A program made the position numbers and the translations under genes. The notes under the pieces are model-generated. The model was given only the letters and a program-made list of their open reading frames with translations. It was not told the DNA's origin and ran no database searches. Of a DNA stretch of 64,000 nucleotides, positions 50,891 through 64,000 are shown piece by piece; position 1 is the first letter of the stretch, and each line of letters opens with the position of its first letter. Source of the DNA: Mobula hypostoma (taxonomy: Eukaryota); the NCBI RefSeq assembly GCF_963921235.1, contig NC_086101.1, positions 186,001-250,000 of the forward strand, in the 5' to 3' direction.

Positions 50891-52243
50891 ACTTTGAACG
50901 TTGAAATTTGTTCTTGCTGTTGTCTTATGTCGATGCAGACGTTCAGCAATCAATTTGAAATGATTCTTTCTCGGGGATAACACATGCGGTTGACTACTGA
51001 TTTAGCGCTGTGACGAAACGCAAGATTGATCTGTCTTGATTTTTATGGTTCGGACAGCCATTTTGTGAGGTCTTTGAAATGAGAGCTCGAGAGTATCTGC
51101 AGTTTGCGGAGACAGATAGGAAGATACTGAACTAAGGGAGATAATCTGAATTCGAGTATAGTCAGGCAGAGGCAATGTGTCTACCCACACATAGACACAG
51201 AAGCACAATGACAGACAAAAACACACATAGACAGACACACACACATACACACACACAAACACACACAACTACACTTTCTTATCCGCCTCTCCAGCACTGC
51301 GCTGTTTTCTTTTACACATACAGGATGATATTTTAAAACATAATCACCCCACATTAAACTGCTCAGTTTAATGGGTTAGGGTTAGGGTGAGTCCTGTCGA
51401 GCCCCCAAATGTTCTGACTGTGACTAAGTCACTGAAACAGTTGCAGGGTTTAGTGGATATAAAAGTGTTTATTTATTTTCAGTGTTGGCGCGTGGCCAAG
51501 TGGTTAAGGCATTTGTTTGGTGATCTGAAGGTCGCTCGGTCGAGCCTTGGCCAAGAACAAGGCACTTAACCACACATTGCTCTGCGACGACACCAGTGCC
51601 AAGCTGTATGGGTCCTAATGCCCTTCCCTTGGATAACATCGGTGGCGTGGAGAGGGGAGACTTGCAGAATGATCAACTGCCGGTCTTCCATACAACCTTG
51701 CCCAGGCCTGCAAATCCATGGTCTCCCGAGGCAAACGGATACCTATTTATTATCACAAACAATCATTTTCTTGGGTACACTCTCGGTAGAGTCCTCCACA
51801 CTCAAACTACACCAAGATTTTATACTCTTGAGGAGAATGGTAACGGTAGCCGATTCAACACAATTTCACATGCTACAAAGACGTAATTCATTTCAGTATT
51901 CTGTGTCTGACAAATGGTTCTTTGGAAGTACATATTTACATTGGAAGCACATTTAATTGATAAAACACCTCAAAAATTCAGTAACGTTTGTTGTGGCAAA
52001 CTATCACCCACAAATGTTCCACATAGTAATTCAATAAATTCATCACAATCTCACATCCCAGAGATAGTACCTGACTTATGTAATCAGTTTCTAAAAAACT
52101 TAAAACCTCTATTTTTAAATCTGTTGAAATCCGTCCCTCTGGAGTCACTAAATGCTATTAAAAACCCCAGGCATTTGCTGCCTCAACATTTCATTCCGAG
52201 CCATCCCCTGTAGCACAGGGGAACAGATCACTGGACAGAGAAA

Positions 52244-54736
52244 ATGTCTGCAATGTTTGATAGGTGCTGGAGTGTACAGAAAATATTGTACGTGTTCATT
52301 GCCGTCTTTGGAGATCCTGGTGAGTGAGCAGAGTAATTCATGTTTGGTATTTCTATATGTTAACAGTGTGAAGCTGCTAATCATCGTTTTACAAGTTTCG
52401 AACATGATGATGATGATTGTACAAATATCCATCAGAGATATTGATCCTGTCAGTTCAACACTCTGATTTTTCATATTTAATGACAAGCGGAACTAAACTC
52501 CTGTCTCTGATCTCACTCACGGGATCGACTCGAACGTTGTTCTTCCATTCAATGACACCTTGTCCGGAGTTGTCCCTGTGTGGGGACAGGCAGCTCTCCC
52601 GCAAGCTGTGACTGGGAGGCGTTTACATTGTAAAGTTCACTGTTTTTGAGTTATTGAACATAGAGAACCCCTGGTCCTGTGTTTCATGTTTCCCTGTAGA
52701 GTCTGTCACAGTCAGATCACACTGCCTGTCGGTCAATAATTGGGTCTGATCATCTGAACCAGTGTCCACGGATCTGCTGACGAGAGTTATCGAATTGAAC
52801 TGCGCTGTAGAATTAATCCATGAACGGAGCCACTCAGTCTCAGGTTACTAAGTTGTTCCTGCTTTCCCTCTGAGACGCGTCGTAAACTGGGGCACCGCTT
52901 CGTCCTGTAGAAAAGTCTCGGTCTTGATGATCAATGCACAAATATCCATCAGCGATATCGATCCTGTCAATTTAACATTCTGATTCCTCATATTTAATGA
53001 CAAGCGGAAGTAAACCTCTCCCTCACGTGATTGACTCGAACGCCAAGCCTTTACTGACAGCCTGTCCAGAAATGACCCAGTTCTGGAAACCGTCACCTGT
53101 CTGGGAAGGTGTGACAGGGAGGGTTTTAATTGGAATTTGTCCAGATTTGTCCTAGAGGTGGGGAGAGGCAGCTTTCCGGGAAGATGTGACTGGGAGGGGG
53201 TCTCTGGATTTTTGATCAGGGAGAATCACGTCTCCCTGTGAAGTCTGTCATATTGGGGCCCAACGGCCTGTTCGTCAATAATTGGGTCAGATCACCTGTA
53301 CCAGTGTCAACGGATCTGATATCGCGTGTTATCAAACTAAACTGCGCTGTACAATTAATCTATTAACGGAGCCACTCAGCCTCTGCGTAGTAGGTTTTCC
53401 TGCTTTCGCTCTGACTTCCGACGTAAATTAGGGCGGCGCTTCGTCCTGAACACGGGTCTTGGCCCGAAACGAGAGCTTATTCAATTCCGTAGATGCGGCC
53501 TGACCGGCTGTGTTCCTCCAGTATTCTGTGTGTGTTGCTTCCCGCTTTATCCCTTCTCGGCCCATTCAGAGGCAAAGATTCCAGTGGCCTGATCAGTCAC
53601 GGTTGAATCTGTGAAACTGGCCCCATCAGCGACTGGAATCGGAATGAGCACCGATCGTTGTTGTTCATGCAGCTCGTTTTTTTTTATCGCCAACGACTGC
53701 CCACACATCATCTTATCTCTACACTGAAGATAGCAGGTCAGAAGCAGTGTACCGGTGTGTTATTGTGCTATTGATCTGTAGTTGAAACCCGATCCCGTAT
53801 CTCTCTCTCTCTCTCTCTCCCTCCCTCCAGTGAATTTAGTGGCGATTGTGATCCTGTCCCGGGGAAGGAGCGGCCTCTCTACCTGCACCACTCTCTACCT
53901 GGTGGCCATGGCAGCGGCGGATCTATTGACCATTGTCACCGAGGTCATTTTATATCGGATCAATTGGTATTACTTCCCGGGGAGTTTTCTCAGCATCACC
54001 CCTGTGTGCAGTGTTATCAATGTACTGTCAAATACACCACACGCTGTTCTGTCTGGTTCACCGTCACTTTCACCTTTGATCGGTTTGTTGCCATTTGCTG
54101 CCCGAAACTGAAAACGAAATACTGCACCGGGAAAACTGCGGCTGTGGTTCTAACAACAACCGGCGTACTGTTCTGTCTGAAAAACGTTCCCCGATACTTC
54201 ATGTGGGAACCCTGGATGATCATCGACAATGTACCGTGGTTCTGTAAACCCATGGACAAATATTTCACTGACCCCGTGTGGATAGGTTATGACTGGCTCG
54301 ATACGGTTCTAACTCCGTCCCTCCCTTTCGCTGGGATCCTGCTGCTCAACGCTCTGACAGTCAGACACATTTTAATGGCCAGTCGGGTCCGTAAGGGGCT
54401 GAAGGGTCAGAGCAAGGGGGAGAACCGCAGTGACCCTGAGATGGAGAGCAGGAGGAGGTCTGTGGTTTTACTCTTCACCCTGTCTGGCAATTTCATCTCC
54501 TATGGATGATACTGGTGATCAATGTCATATATTATCAGGTCTCAGAAACAGGACACGATTTCACTGATTCTGAACGGATCTTTCATTATGTCGGGGGTTT
54601 CCTGAGGGATTTCAGTTGCTGCACCAACACATTTATTTACGCGGTGACTCAGTCGAAATTCAGGGAGCAGGTGATCAACGCGGTGAAATATCCGGTCACC
54701 TCGGTGCTTCAGTTCATTCATAAAGCCATGTCCTGA
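52244..54736 (+). pseudogene. GPR139/GPR142-like rhodopsin-class GPCR pseudogene (exon 1 52244-52319, exon 2 53831-54736)
   Basis: Exon 1 MSAMFDRCWSVQKILYVFIAVFGDP followed by G|gtgagt; phase-1 acceptor ccag|TG AAT; VNLVAIVIL, YLVAMAAADL, FDRFVAIC, NTFIY; frameshifts near 54035 and 54500; AATAAA at about 55352 and 55363. Confidence 0.88.
52408..53448. repeat. Diverged two-copy tandem duplication (about 520 bp) in the GPCR intron
   Basis: About 52408-52907 vs 52927-53448 share blocks such as caaatatccatcag, catatttaatgacaagcggaa, aacggagccactcag and gcttcgtcctg. Confidence 0.85.
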
Positions 54737-55399
54737 GCATAAGCCAAAGGCGGCCGCAGTGTCTCCAGTCCGGTGACCAGCTTATCACATTCACCGCCTT
54801 AATTCCCAGGTGTTATTCCCGGCCGTATTGTCCCATCGACCGGCAGCTCCGGGACATTGGGATAGTTTGTGTGTGGAGAGAGGTAAAGCACTGTGCTGGA
54901 GATGCAGTCAAAGAACGACACTGGAGTACCGCCCACCCACACATTGGAATGTGGATATGTCCATTTATTCGCATTCTCGCCCACCCAGCTCACAGCCTGA
55001 CATTGCTACAAGACGGCGGGGGTCAAGTCTAATTCTGGTTGACTAATCAATGTCAATCACAACAGTCTCCGCCTTCCCCTTGAATGATTGGCTAAAGTGA
55101 AGAAACAGGGTGGACTTTGGATACACGGCTGTTGACACTTGACCTTATAGGAGCATTCCCGCTATCAACTGGCCTGGAGTGTGGTGTAGAGAATTGGGAA
55201 ACAAAACACACTGCTTCTTTTTTTTTCTAATGCAAGCAAAATTACTAAAACAAACCCTATAGGTTGTATGTAACGAAACACAATACTGTGAATTAAATTG
55301 AAGTCACTCCCATAATTTAAAAAAAAGTTATTAAGTTAAACCTATGACTGTAATAAAGACTGTAATAAAGCCCACATTTAATTTCTTTCTGCGAGATAT

Positions 55400-57500
55400 G
55401 CTTCACCCTGAAATAGCGTGTTCAACTCTATCACAATTAATAAATCTGCACGACGCTGAATGATGTTTTCCAACACTGTATAAGGAACAATTAAGCACAG
55501 AATGGCCATTTTAAGTCATGTCTATATAATTCCTTCCCTTCTTATTTTACCCTTTTCACCCATGAACCTAGAAGTTATGTATTAAGTTAATGTGTCTCCT
55601 TTAATGCTCATTATTCCACTGTCTTGCTATAATTCTTAACGCCACTAACCCCTTCTGATTTGCTAGGTGGAAGGATTTAATCCGCAGTTGAAATTTGAAC
55701 AGCTTTCGTAACTAAACCTCTAAGTGCAGGAACCCATATAAAGTGGGTATATAAATCAATACTTTGCGTATGAAATAATGTTTGATGAGTTTCCAACAGT
55801 TAATCTGACCGACTGCAAGAATAACCTATTTTAGGACTCATCAAATCCAAAAAGGAATCTGAACAAATTATAGTGTTTATAACTTTATATGTATCCTCCA
55901 TTCACTGTAAGCCTACAATTATGGCAAGAAATTATACTGTATACCGATAAATGACTGGTAAGTTGTTTTGTTATCGTTACCTGTGATTCATTCAGGCACA
56001 AAGACAGCCACACCATAACCCAGTTAAGTTGCCTTTTGATTCTTCTGCATCAATAGTGAACATATCATTCCAATTTTCCTTAATATACTGATAAACCAAC
56101 AGACCCTCAGGCATAACAGAATCTTTAGACTTTATTAAAATATCTGATCTGATTTAAGCTATGCATAGGCAGGACAAGTGGGCTTTCAGAGAACGTGACA
56201 GTGGGGCATATTGCGTAATTGGACAATTCCGTCTTCCCAGCGTGTTAAGATCCCAGCCTCCAAAATCTATAAACACTCTAAAGTTCTCTAACACAACTTC
56301 AATGGATGATCATTTCGTTGTCCCGTCAAATTAATCCAGTGTGTTAACATCTACTGCAATGTCCGCAATTGTAGTTGGCCCATTTCAACCACTAAAGACG
56401 AAACTGGAGACGACTTCACCACACCAGAAAACAATTACAATTTTAAAGCCATGTTGGTATCACACCCTCACATATTAAAGTTGACGATGAGGCTAATACA
56501 TAAGGCACACAGTCATAATCAGGAACAGATCCAATTATACCAATGAAAATGGTCAACAATGATTTTCATATAGCACCCCAGAGTATCCACAGAGATAACC
56601 GAGATTATTTAATGTTCCTTTACATTTATCAATTATTTTCTGATATCGTGCTTCCATGTCAGCCACGTTGCTGGAAATCTTACCACTGTCACCTTTCAGT
56701 GTTCGTCGATTTTATATCAAATCAACTACAGGTCTATTAATCCCATTTACAAAAGATATAACTTGTTCTTTAGCTACTGAAATCTTAATTTTTCATATAC
56801 TTGGCAATCATTAAAAATTTTCATTGTTAATTTCATCGAATATACAGTAAAGTTGACATTTCTAAGTCAAGTCTACAAAGTTCCATCATCTGCATCTAGC
56901 AATTTTCACACCCCAGTGCCTGTCTCAAAGAAAATATCATTCATCATAATATTGAGTAATAAAGGGTTACAAATACTGCCTTGAGGTTTTCCAATCCCTA
57001 TCGCATAGTAACCCGATTTAACTCCAGGCCGTCCAAATATAAAACTCTGAAAAGAATTGTGCAATCTCCCCCTCAATGCTTATTTCCTTCCTTCCAAAAA
57101 TATCATATGCGTTTTCAATATTAAAAATACAGCAATTACAACATCTTTATTTAAATGTGCTCTCCTAAAATCATCTTCCAATCTTCTAATTGAATGCAAT
57201 CTCATTCTACCCTTCTGAAACACACTCTGATAAAACCTCCTTTATCGAACTCAAACGCTCCACTACCATATGTTCCATAAGTTTATATAAATGAGACATT
57301 AACGATATAGGTCTACAACTGAAGGATCAGACGGGAAGCTCCCAGGGTTTAGAATAGGCACTACTACTGTCATTCCCCACAAGCTGTGACAATTAATCAA
57401 CTCAACACCACCACCTGTTGACTGATTTCTTTAAATACAAAGGCCTCACACCTTTCATTTACATTCACAAATCTATACCTTGCCCCTTTCCTTATAAATC
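55400..57500 (-). mobile_element. Degenerate I/Nimb-like LINE (RT plus RNase H)
   Basis: RPISLMSHLYKLMEHMV, PQGSI and RNase H remnants on the - strand. Confidence 0.65.
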
Positions 57501-57564
57501 TGGCAAAAGTGAGCGAGGTCCTCAATGAATACTTAAGTGAGGGAGTTCCTCAAAGAATACTCAA

Positions 57565-58447
57565 GTGTGCGAAGTCCTCAATGAATACTTCTCTTTGGTA
57601 TTCACCAATGAGAGGGAACTTGATGACAGTGAGGACAATATGAGTGAGGTTGATATTAAGGGAGAGGAGGTGTTGGAGTTGTTAAAATATATTAGGACGG
57701 ATATGTCCCCGGGGCCTGACGGAATATTCCCCAGGCTGCTCTACAGACGAGGGAAGAGATTGCTGAGCCTCTGGCTAGGATCCTTATGTCCTCGTTGTCC
57801 ACAGGAATGGTACCGGAGGATTGGAGGGAGGCGAATGCTGTCCCCTTGTTCAAAAAAAGTAGTAGGGATAGTCCGGGTAATTATACACCAGTGAGCCTTA
57901 CGTCTGTGGTGGGAAAGCTGTTGGAAAAGATTCTTAGAGATAGGATCTCTGCATTTAGAGAATCATGGTCTGATCAGGGACAGACAGCATGGCTTTGTGA
58001 AGGACAGATCGTGTCTAACAAGCCTGATAGAGCTCTTTGAGGAGGTGACCAGGCATATAGATGAGGGTAGTGTAGTGGATGTGATCTATATCTATTTTAG
58101 TAAGGCATTTGACAAGGTTCCACATGGTAGGCTTATTCAGAAAGTCAGAAGGCATGGGATCCAGGGAAGTTCGGCCGGGTGGATTCAGAATTGGCTTGCC
58201 TGCAGAAGGCAGAGGGTCGTGGTGGAAGGAGAACATTCCGATTGAAAGGTTGTGACTAGTGGTGTCCCACAAGGATCTGTTTTGGGATCTCTACTTTTCG
58301 TGATTTTTATTAACGACCTGGATGTGGGGGTTGGCAAGTTTGCAGACGACACAAAGGTTGGTGGTGTTGTAGATAGTGTAGGGGATTGTCAAAGATTGCA
58401 GAGAGACATTGATAGGATGCAGAAGTGGGCTGAGAAGTGGCGGATGG
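57565..58447 (+). mobile_element. CR1 RT fragment
   Basis: VLNEYFSLVF, GVPQGSVLG, FADD. Confidence 0.85.
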
Positions 58448-59069
58448 AGTTCAACCCGGAGAAGTGGAAAGCGGCCAGCGAGTGAGTGGGCCAGTGAGGG
58501 AGTGGAGCTTTGAGACTTTGATTCGAGAGATTCTGGCAGTTTTGGCAGTTCGTCTGTGCAATCAAGTCAATCAAGATTTGAATAGATCAGCAGAGAGCCG
58601 TTGATTAGACAATCAAGATTTGAATAGCTCAGACTCAGCAGAAAGCGGCTGATTGGGCAATAGAGGGCAGGTGACCAAGCATTTTGAAAAGCTGAAACAG
58701 ATAAATAGAGGGATAGCTCAAGATAAGCGGCCTGTGGAAAACGGCCAGTGAGTGAGTGGGCCAGGAAAGGAGTGCAGCTTTGAGGCTTTGACTCGAGAGG
58801 TTTCAACGAGAAGAGGCGGAGGAGAAGTTTGCTCGTACTTAGCTTTTACAATGTCTCCCGAGACGGTCATGTGCCTCTCATGTGAGATGTGGCAGTCCTG
58901 GGGGAGCTCCCCTCTCCCGCAGAGTCACACCTACCAGAAGTGCATACGGCTGGGCAATCTGGAAGACCGTGTAAGGAATCTGGAGCAGCAGCAGGATGAC
59001 CTTCGACTCATAAGGGAGAATGAGGCAGTCATAGATGAGAGCTACAGGGAGGTAGTCACACCGAGGTAG
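58448..59069 (+). mobile_element. CR1 5'UTR and ORF1 N-terminus
   Basis: MCLSCEMW...KCIRL..LEDRVRNLEQQ..DLRLIRE.E..ID..Y.EVVTP zinc-finger/coiled-coil signature; duplicated UTR blocks. Confidence 0.7.
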
Positions 59070-60115
59070 CCCTAGCTCTCTTAATCTCTGATTATAATGC
59101 ATACTCTCTAAACCAGGCAGCATCCTGGTAAATCTCCTCTGTACCCTTTCCAATGCTTCCACTTCTTTCCTATAGTGAGGCGACCACAACTGGACACAAT
59201 ACTCCAAGTGTGGCCTAACCAGAGTTTTATAGAGCTGCATCATAACATCGCGATTCTTAAACTCTGTCCCTCGACTTATGAAAGCTAACACACCATAATC
59301 TTTCTTAACTACCCTATCTACCTGTGAGGCAACTTTCAGGGATCTGTGGACATGTACCCCAAGATCCCTCTGCTCCTCCACACTACCAAGTATCCTGCCA
59401 TTTACTTTGTACTCTGCCTTGGAGTTTGTCCTTCCAAAGTGTACCACCTCACACTTCTCCGGTTTGAACTCCATCAGCCACTTCTCAGCCCACTTCTGCA
59501 TCCTATCAATGTCTCTCTGCAATCTTTGACAATCCTCTACACTATCTACAACACCACCAACCTTTGTGTCGTCTGTAAACTTGCCAACCCACCCTTCTAC
59601 CCCCACATCCAGGTCGTTAATAAAAATCACGAAAAGTAGAGGTCCCAGAACAGATCCTTGTGGGACACCACTAGTCACAATCCTCCAATCTGAATGTACT
59701 CCCTCCATCATGACCCTCTGCCTTCTTCAGGCAAGCCAATTCTGAATCCACCTGGCCAAACTTCCCTGGATCCCATGCCTTCTGACTTTCTGAATAAGCC
59801 TACTGTGTGGAACGTTGTCAAATGCCTTACTAAAATCCATATAGATCACATCCACTGCACTACCCTCATCTATTTGCCTGGTCATATCCTCAAATAACTC
59901 TATCAGGCTTGTTAGACACGATCTGCCCTTCACAAAGCCATGCTGAATGTCCCTGATGAGACCATGATTCTCTAAATGCCCAGAGATCCTATCTCGAAAA
60001 ATGTTTTCCATCAGCTTTCCCACCACAGACGTAAGGCTCACTGGTCTATAATTACCCGGACTATCCCTACTACTTTTTTGAACAAGGGGATAACATTCGC
60101 CTCCCTCCAATCCTC
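59070..60115 (-). mobile_element. CR1 RT fragment, inverted relative of 57565-58447
   Basis: ORFs 58878-59711 and 59727-60110. Confidence 0.85.
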
Positions 60116-60686
60116 GGGACCATTCTCGTGGAAAAAATACTCAGTATTCAAGGAAACAATATTTTCCTCAATAGTCTGTAAACTCTGTCGGAATGACTTC
60201 AACTCGGAAGTGTTATTTGATATTTTGTTATCGAGACTCATCAACGCACGTTCCAAACGCTCAGCTCAGACAGGCATATATTCTGATTTTTCTTTCGAAG
60301 TTTTTCCCTTTCCATTGCTGGGTTCAAAAAGCTGTTTTCCACTTCTTAACGGATACCACATAATGACCACTTTTTCCCTCCAAGATCCAAAAAGTAAAAG
60401 TTGAATAATTCAAAGATTAGACTGGGGAAAAGGAGGAATTAAAGGCAGCAGCAAAATTTATGTATTACTCCATTGAGCTACAGGCGGAAGTTAGGTTGTG
60501 AAAGGGAAAGAACAAGAAGAATCCATCGATTCAGAGGATTTCAGAGATTATTTTCACGGTTAATTATGAAGGAAATGGTCAGAATATGAGGAGTGGATAA
60601 AAAAAAGTTTGAGAGTGGAGGGTCACAGACTCTGGAGGAAAAATTGTGGAAAGCAGTTAGTGAAAAGAAATCAAAGGCATTACAAT

Positions 60687-61563
60687 AGATTAAACATTGT
60701 ACAGGGAGGAGGTCAAACACCTAGAGAGCTGGTGCAGGGATAATAACTTGATGCTTAATGTCACCAAAACCAAGGAGATGATCGTCGATTTCAAACGGTC
60801 TCAGCCTGAGCACACACCCCTTAGCATCAGTGGCTCCACAGTGGAGAGAGTGGAAAACATCAAGTTCCTCGGGGTGCAGATTTCAGACACTCTCACCCGG
60901 TCCAGGAACACCACTGGGATTGTGAAACGGGCCCAGCAGAGATTGCACTTTCTGAGGAAGCTTAAACAAGCATCACTCCCCACTAACATTTTAACTGCAT
61001 TCTACAGAGACGTGGTTGAGAGTGTGCTGACCTTTTGCATCACAACCTGGTACTCCAGCTGCAGTGCTGTCGACAAAAAAGCCTTGCAGAGGGTGGTTAG
61101 GGGAGCAGAGAAGGTTATTGGGGTCTCCCTACCTTCTGTCCAAGACCCCTTTCAGAGTCGATGCCTCCAGAAGACACGGTACGTCATTAAAGACCCCTCA
61201 CACCCTCTCCATGAACTGTTTGTTCTTCTGCCATCAGGCAAACGTTACAGGAGCATCAAAACTAAAACCACAAGGCTATAAAACAGCTTCCTCCCACAGG
61301 CAGTCAGACTGCTAAATAGCTGCTCTACCTGACCCTGCTTTGGACACTTTTAACTTGCACTGGACACTTATAACTGATTTAACTGACATGTGGCTGTTGT
61401 GTTTTACTATTTATTGTTATGTTTATTATTTAGTGTTGCGTTTGTTATGTTATGATTGCACTGCCCCTGAAAAACGCTGTCTCATTCTGCCCTGCAGAAC
61501 TGATGTACGGTTAGAATGACAATAAAGTTTTTTGAATCTTGAATCTTTTGAATCTCTTGAATT
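60687..61563 (+). mobile_element. Rex1/Babar LINE 3' part
   Basis: ORF 60697-61281 (WCRDNNLMLNVTKTKEM, AQQRLHFLR); (TTGAATC)n tail; TTACAAT TSD at 60680-60686 and 61564-61570. Confidence 0.85.
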
Positions 61564-61934
61564 TTACAATGGAATGTTTGTTGGATGATCTAACTGAAGT
61601 GAAGAGAGAAAAAAATAGAAACTGGCGGAGGAATTGTGTAAGTGTAGGGAAGAGTTAGAGGAGAATGAAAATGAAATTGTGGGGGAGCAGAGTCAGGCGA
61701 ATTTGATCCACATGAGACAGTTTCAGGCTCAGTGTGAAAGCGTTAACAAGAGAAAATGAGAGAACACTGAGGAGGAGTATAAAGAGGCAAATACAGAATT
61801 AGAGAAATGGAAAAGTCAGGGTCAGGATTTACGGAATGTCACGCATGTCATGAAGAAATCGGCAGCTGAGAAGAAAAGCAGCGCTGATCACGAGTGTTTG
61901 TGTGGTTGTCCGTTTCCTTCTCTTCTACCTGGTT

Positions 61935-63040
61935 TGATGTGGATAGAGAATTGGTTGGCAGACAGGAAGCAAAGAGTGGGAATAAACGGGACCTTTTCAG
62001 AATGGCAGGCAGTGACTAATGGGGTACCGCAAGGCTCAGTGCTGGGACCCCAGTTGTTTACAATATACATTAATGACTTAGATGAGGGAATTAAATGCAG
62101 CATCTCCAGGTTTGCGAATGACACGAAGTTGGGTGGCAGTGTTAGCTGTGAGGAGGATGCTAAGAAGATGCAGGGTGACTTGGATAGGTTAGGTGAGTGG
62201 GCAAATTCATGGCAAATGCAATTTAATGTGGATAAATGTGAGGTTATCCACTTTGGTGGCAAGAACAGGAAAACAGATTATTATCTGAATGGTGGCCGAT
62301 TAGGAAAAGGGACGGTGCAGCAAGACCTGGGTGTCATTGTACACCAGTCATTGAAAGTGGGCATGCAGGTCCAGCAGGCAGTGAAAAAGGCGAATGATAT
62401 GCTGGCATTCATAGCAAGAGGATTTGAGTACAGGAGCAGGGAGATACTACTGCAGTTGTACAAGGCCTTGGTGAGAGCACACCTGGAGTATTGTGTGCAG
62501 TTTTGGTCCCCTAATCTGAGGAAAGACATTCTTGCCATAGACTGAGTACAAAGAAGGTTCACCAGATTGATTCCTGGGATGGCAGAACTTTCATATGATG
62601 AAAGACTGGATCGACTAGGCTTGTATTCTCTGGAATTTAGAAGATTGAGGGGGGATCTGATTGAAACGTATAAAGTTCTAAAGAAATTGGACAGGCTAGA
62701 TACAAGAAGACTGTTCCCGATGTTGGGGAAGTCCAGAACGAGGGGTCACAGTTTGAGGATAAAGGGAAAGGCTTTTAGGACCGAGATGAGGAAAAACTTC
62801 TTCATACAGAGAGTAGTGAATCTGTGGAATTCTCTGCCACAGGAGACAGTTGAGGCCAGTTCATTGGCTATATTTAAGAGGGAGTTAGATATGGCCCTTG
62901 TGGCAAAAGGGATCAGAGGGTATGGAGAGAAGGCAGATACAGGGTTCTGAGTTGGATGATCAGCCATGATCATACTGAATGGCGGTGCAGGCTCGATGGG
63001 CCGAATGCCCTACTCCTGCACCTATTTTGTATGTTTCTTT
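61935..63040 (+). mobile_element. CR1 3' part, third copy of the 11228/41791 family
   Basis: WIENWLADRKQRV...; in-frame stop at 62543. Confidence 0.9.
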
Positions 63041-63044
63041 GTGA

Positions 63045-64000
63045 CTTCATATTGGGGGAGCAGCATCGGTGCTGGTGAGGCAAAAAGACAAAATAATCTC
63101 ATCAAAAATGATGGAACCGTCCTTGGCCACAACCGGGGCTCTTTCGAGTTCGTGGTGGAGAGGAGATCACTAAACACATGGTCATCCACTACGGAAAATG
63201 GGGCACATCCTCTCCATGACCTACTGCATAGGCAGCGGAGCACCCTTTCGCACAGACTTACTCAGCATCGCTGTCAGAAGGATCATTACAGAAAATCTTT
63301 CCTATCAAATGTAATATACAACAGTTCATTTGTTAATCTGCCACCCACAGCTCTAATCTACAAATTAAGTTTGCCAACAACACTACATTGATTGGCCTAT
63401 TCTCAGACAATAACGAGGTGGCCCACAGGGAAGAAGTCATCTCTCTGACACAATGGTGTCAAGAAAACAACCTCTCCCTCAATGTCGAAAAATCAAGGGA
63501 GCTGTGGATTACAGGAGGAATGGAGACGGGCTAACCCTATTGACATCAATGGATCTGGGGTTGAGAGGGTTAACAGATTTCAGTTCCTCAGGATCCTCAT
63601 CACCGAGGACCTCACGTGGTCTGTACACACAAGCTGTGCATTGAAAAAGGCACAATAGTGCCTCTTTCACCTCAGACGGTTGAGGAAGTTTGGTATGGGC
63701 CCCCAAAACCTTAGAAATTTCTACGGGAGCACAATTGAGAGCATCCTGACTGGCTGCATCACTGCCTGGTATGGGAACTGTACCTCCTTTAATCGAAGGA
63801 TTCTGCAGAAAGTGGTGCGCACAGCCAAGTGCATCTGTAACTGCGGACTTCCCACGATTCAGGAAATTTACAAAGACAGGTATGTAAAAAGGGTCCGCAG
63901 GATCATTGGGCACCAGAGTCACCCCAACCACAATCTGTTCCAGCTGCTACCATCGGGGCAACGCTATCGCAGCATAAAAGCCAGGACCAACAGGCTCCGA
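63045..64000 (+). mobile_element. Degenerate Rex1/Babar fragments
   Basis: HPLHDLL, WCQENNLSLNV, ESILTGCITAWYGN. Confidence 0.7.

Noticed and set aside
60120..61915. Coiled-coil-like fragments (60038-60256 on -, 60490-60680 and 61570-61915 on +) as TRIM exons
   Set aside because: No TRIM motifs or convincing splice sites; more likely decayed L1 ORF1 or gag remnants, not assignable

Overview
Repeat-dense vertebrate genomic DNA, most likely from a cartilaginous fish (shark- or ray-type CR1, Penelope and Rex1 repeats; B30.2 and GPR139-like gene remnants). Host gene content is small: an apparently orphan TRIM-type PRY-SPRY exon (2230-2807, -) and a two-exon GPR139-like GPCR pseudogene (52244-54736, +). 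The rest is nested retroelements: CR1, L1, Rex1/Babar, an RNase H-bearing I/Nimb-like LINE, Penelope-like elements, a self-priming Gypsy, non-autonomous LTR elements and solo LTRs. These lie on an old tandem segmental duplication (about 4-28 kb vs 33.5-56 kb). The main find is a HERO/NeSL-like restriction-like-endonuclease retrotransposon (13601-18095) with 652-bp direct terminal repeats. Each repeat carries a compact RNA motif containing all hammerhead ribozyme core nucleotides (GUC cleavage triplet, CUGAUGA, GAAA) in a pseudoknotted strand order that fits none of types I-III, plus a consensus kink-turn. This suggests self-cleavage to a 3843-nt unit RNA. All pairings and alignments were done by eye and no activity is demonstrated.
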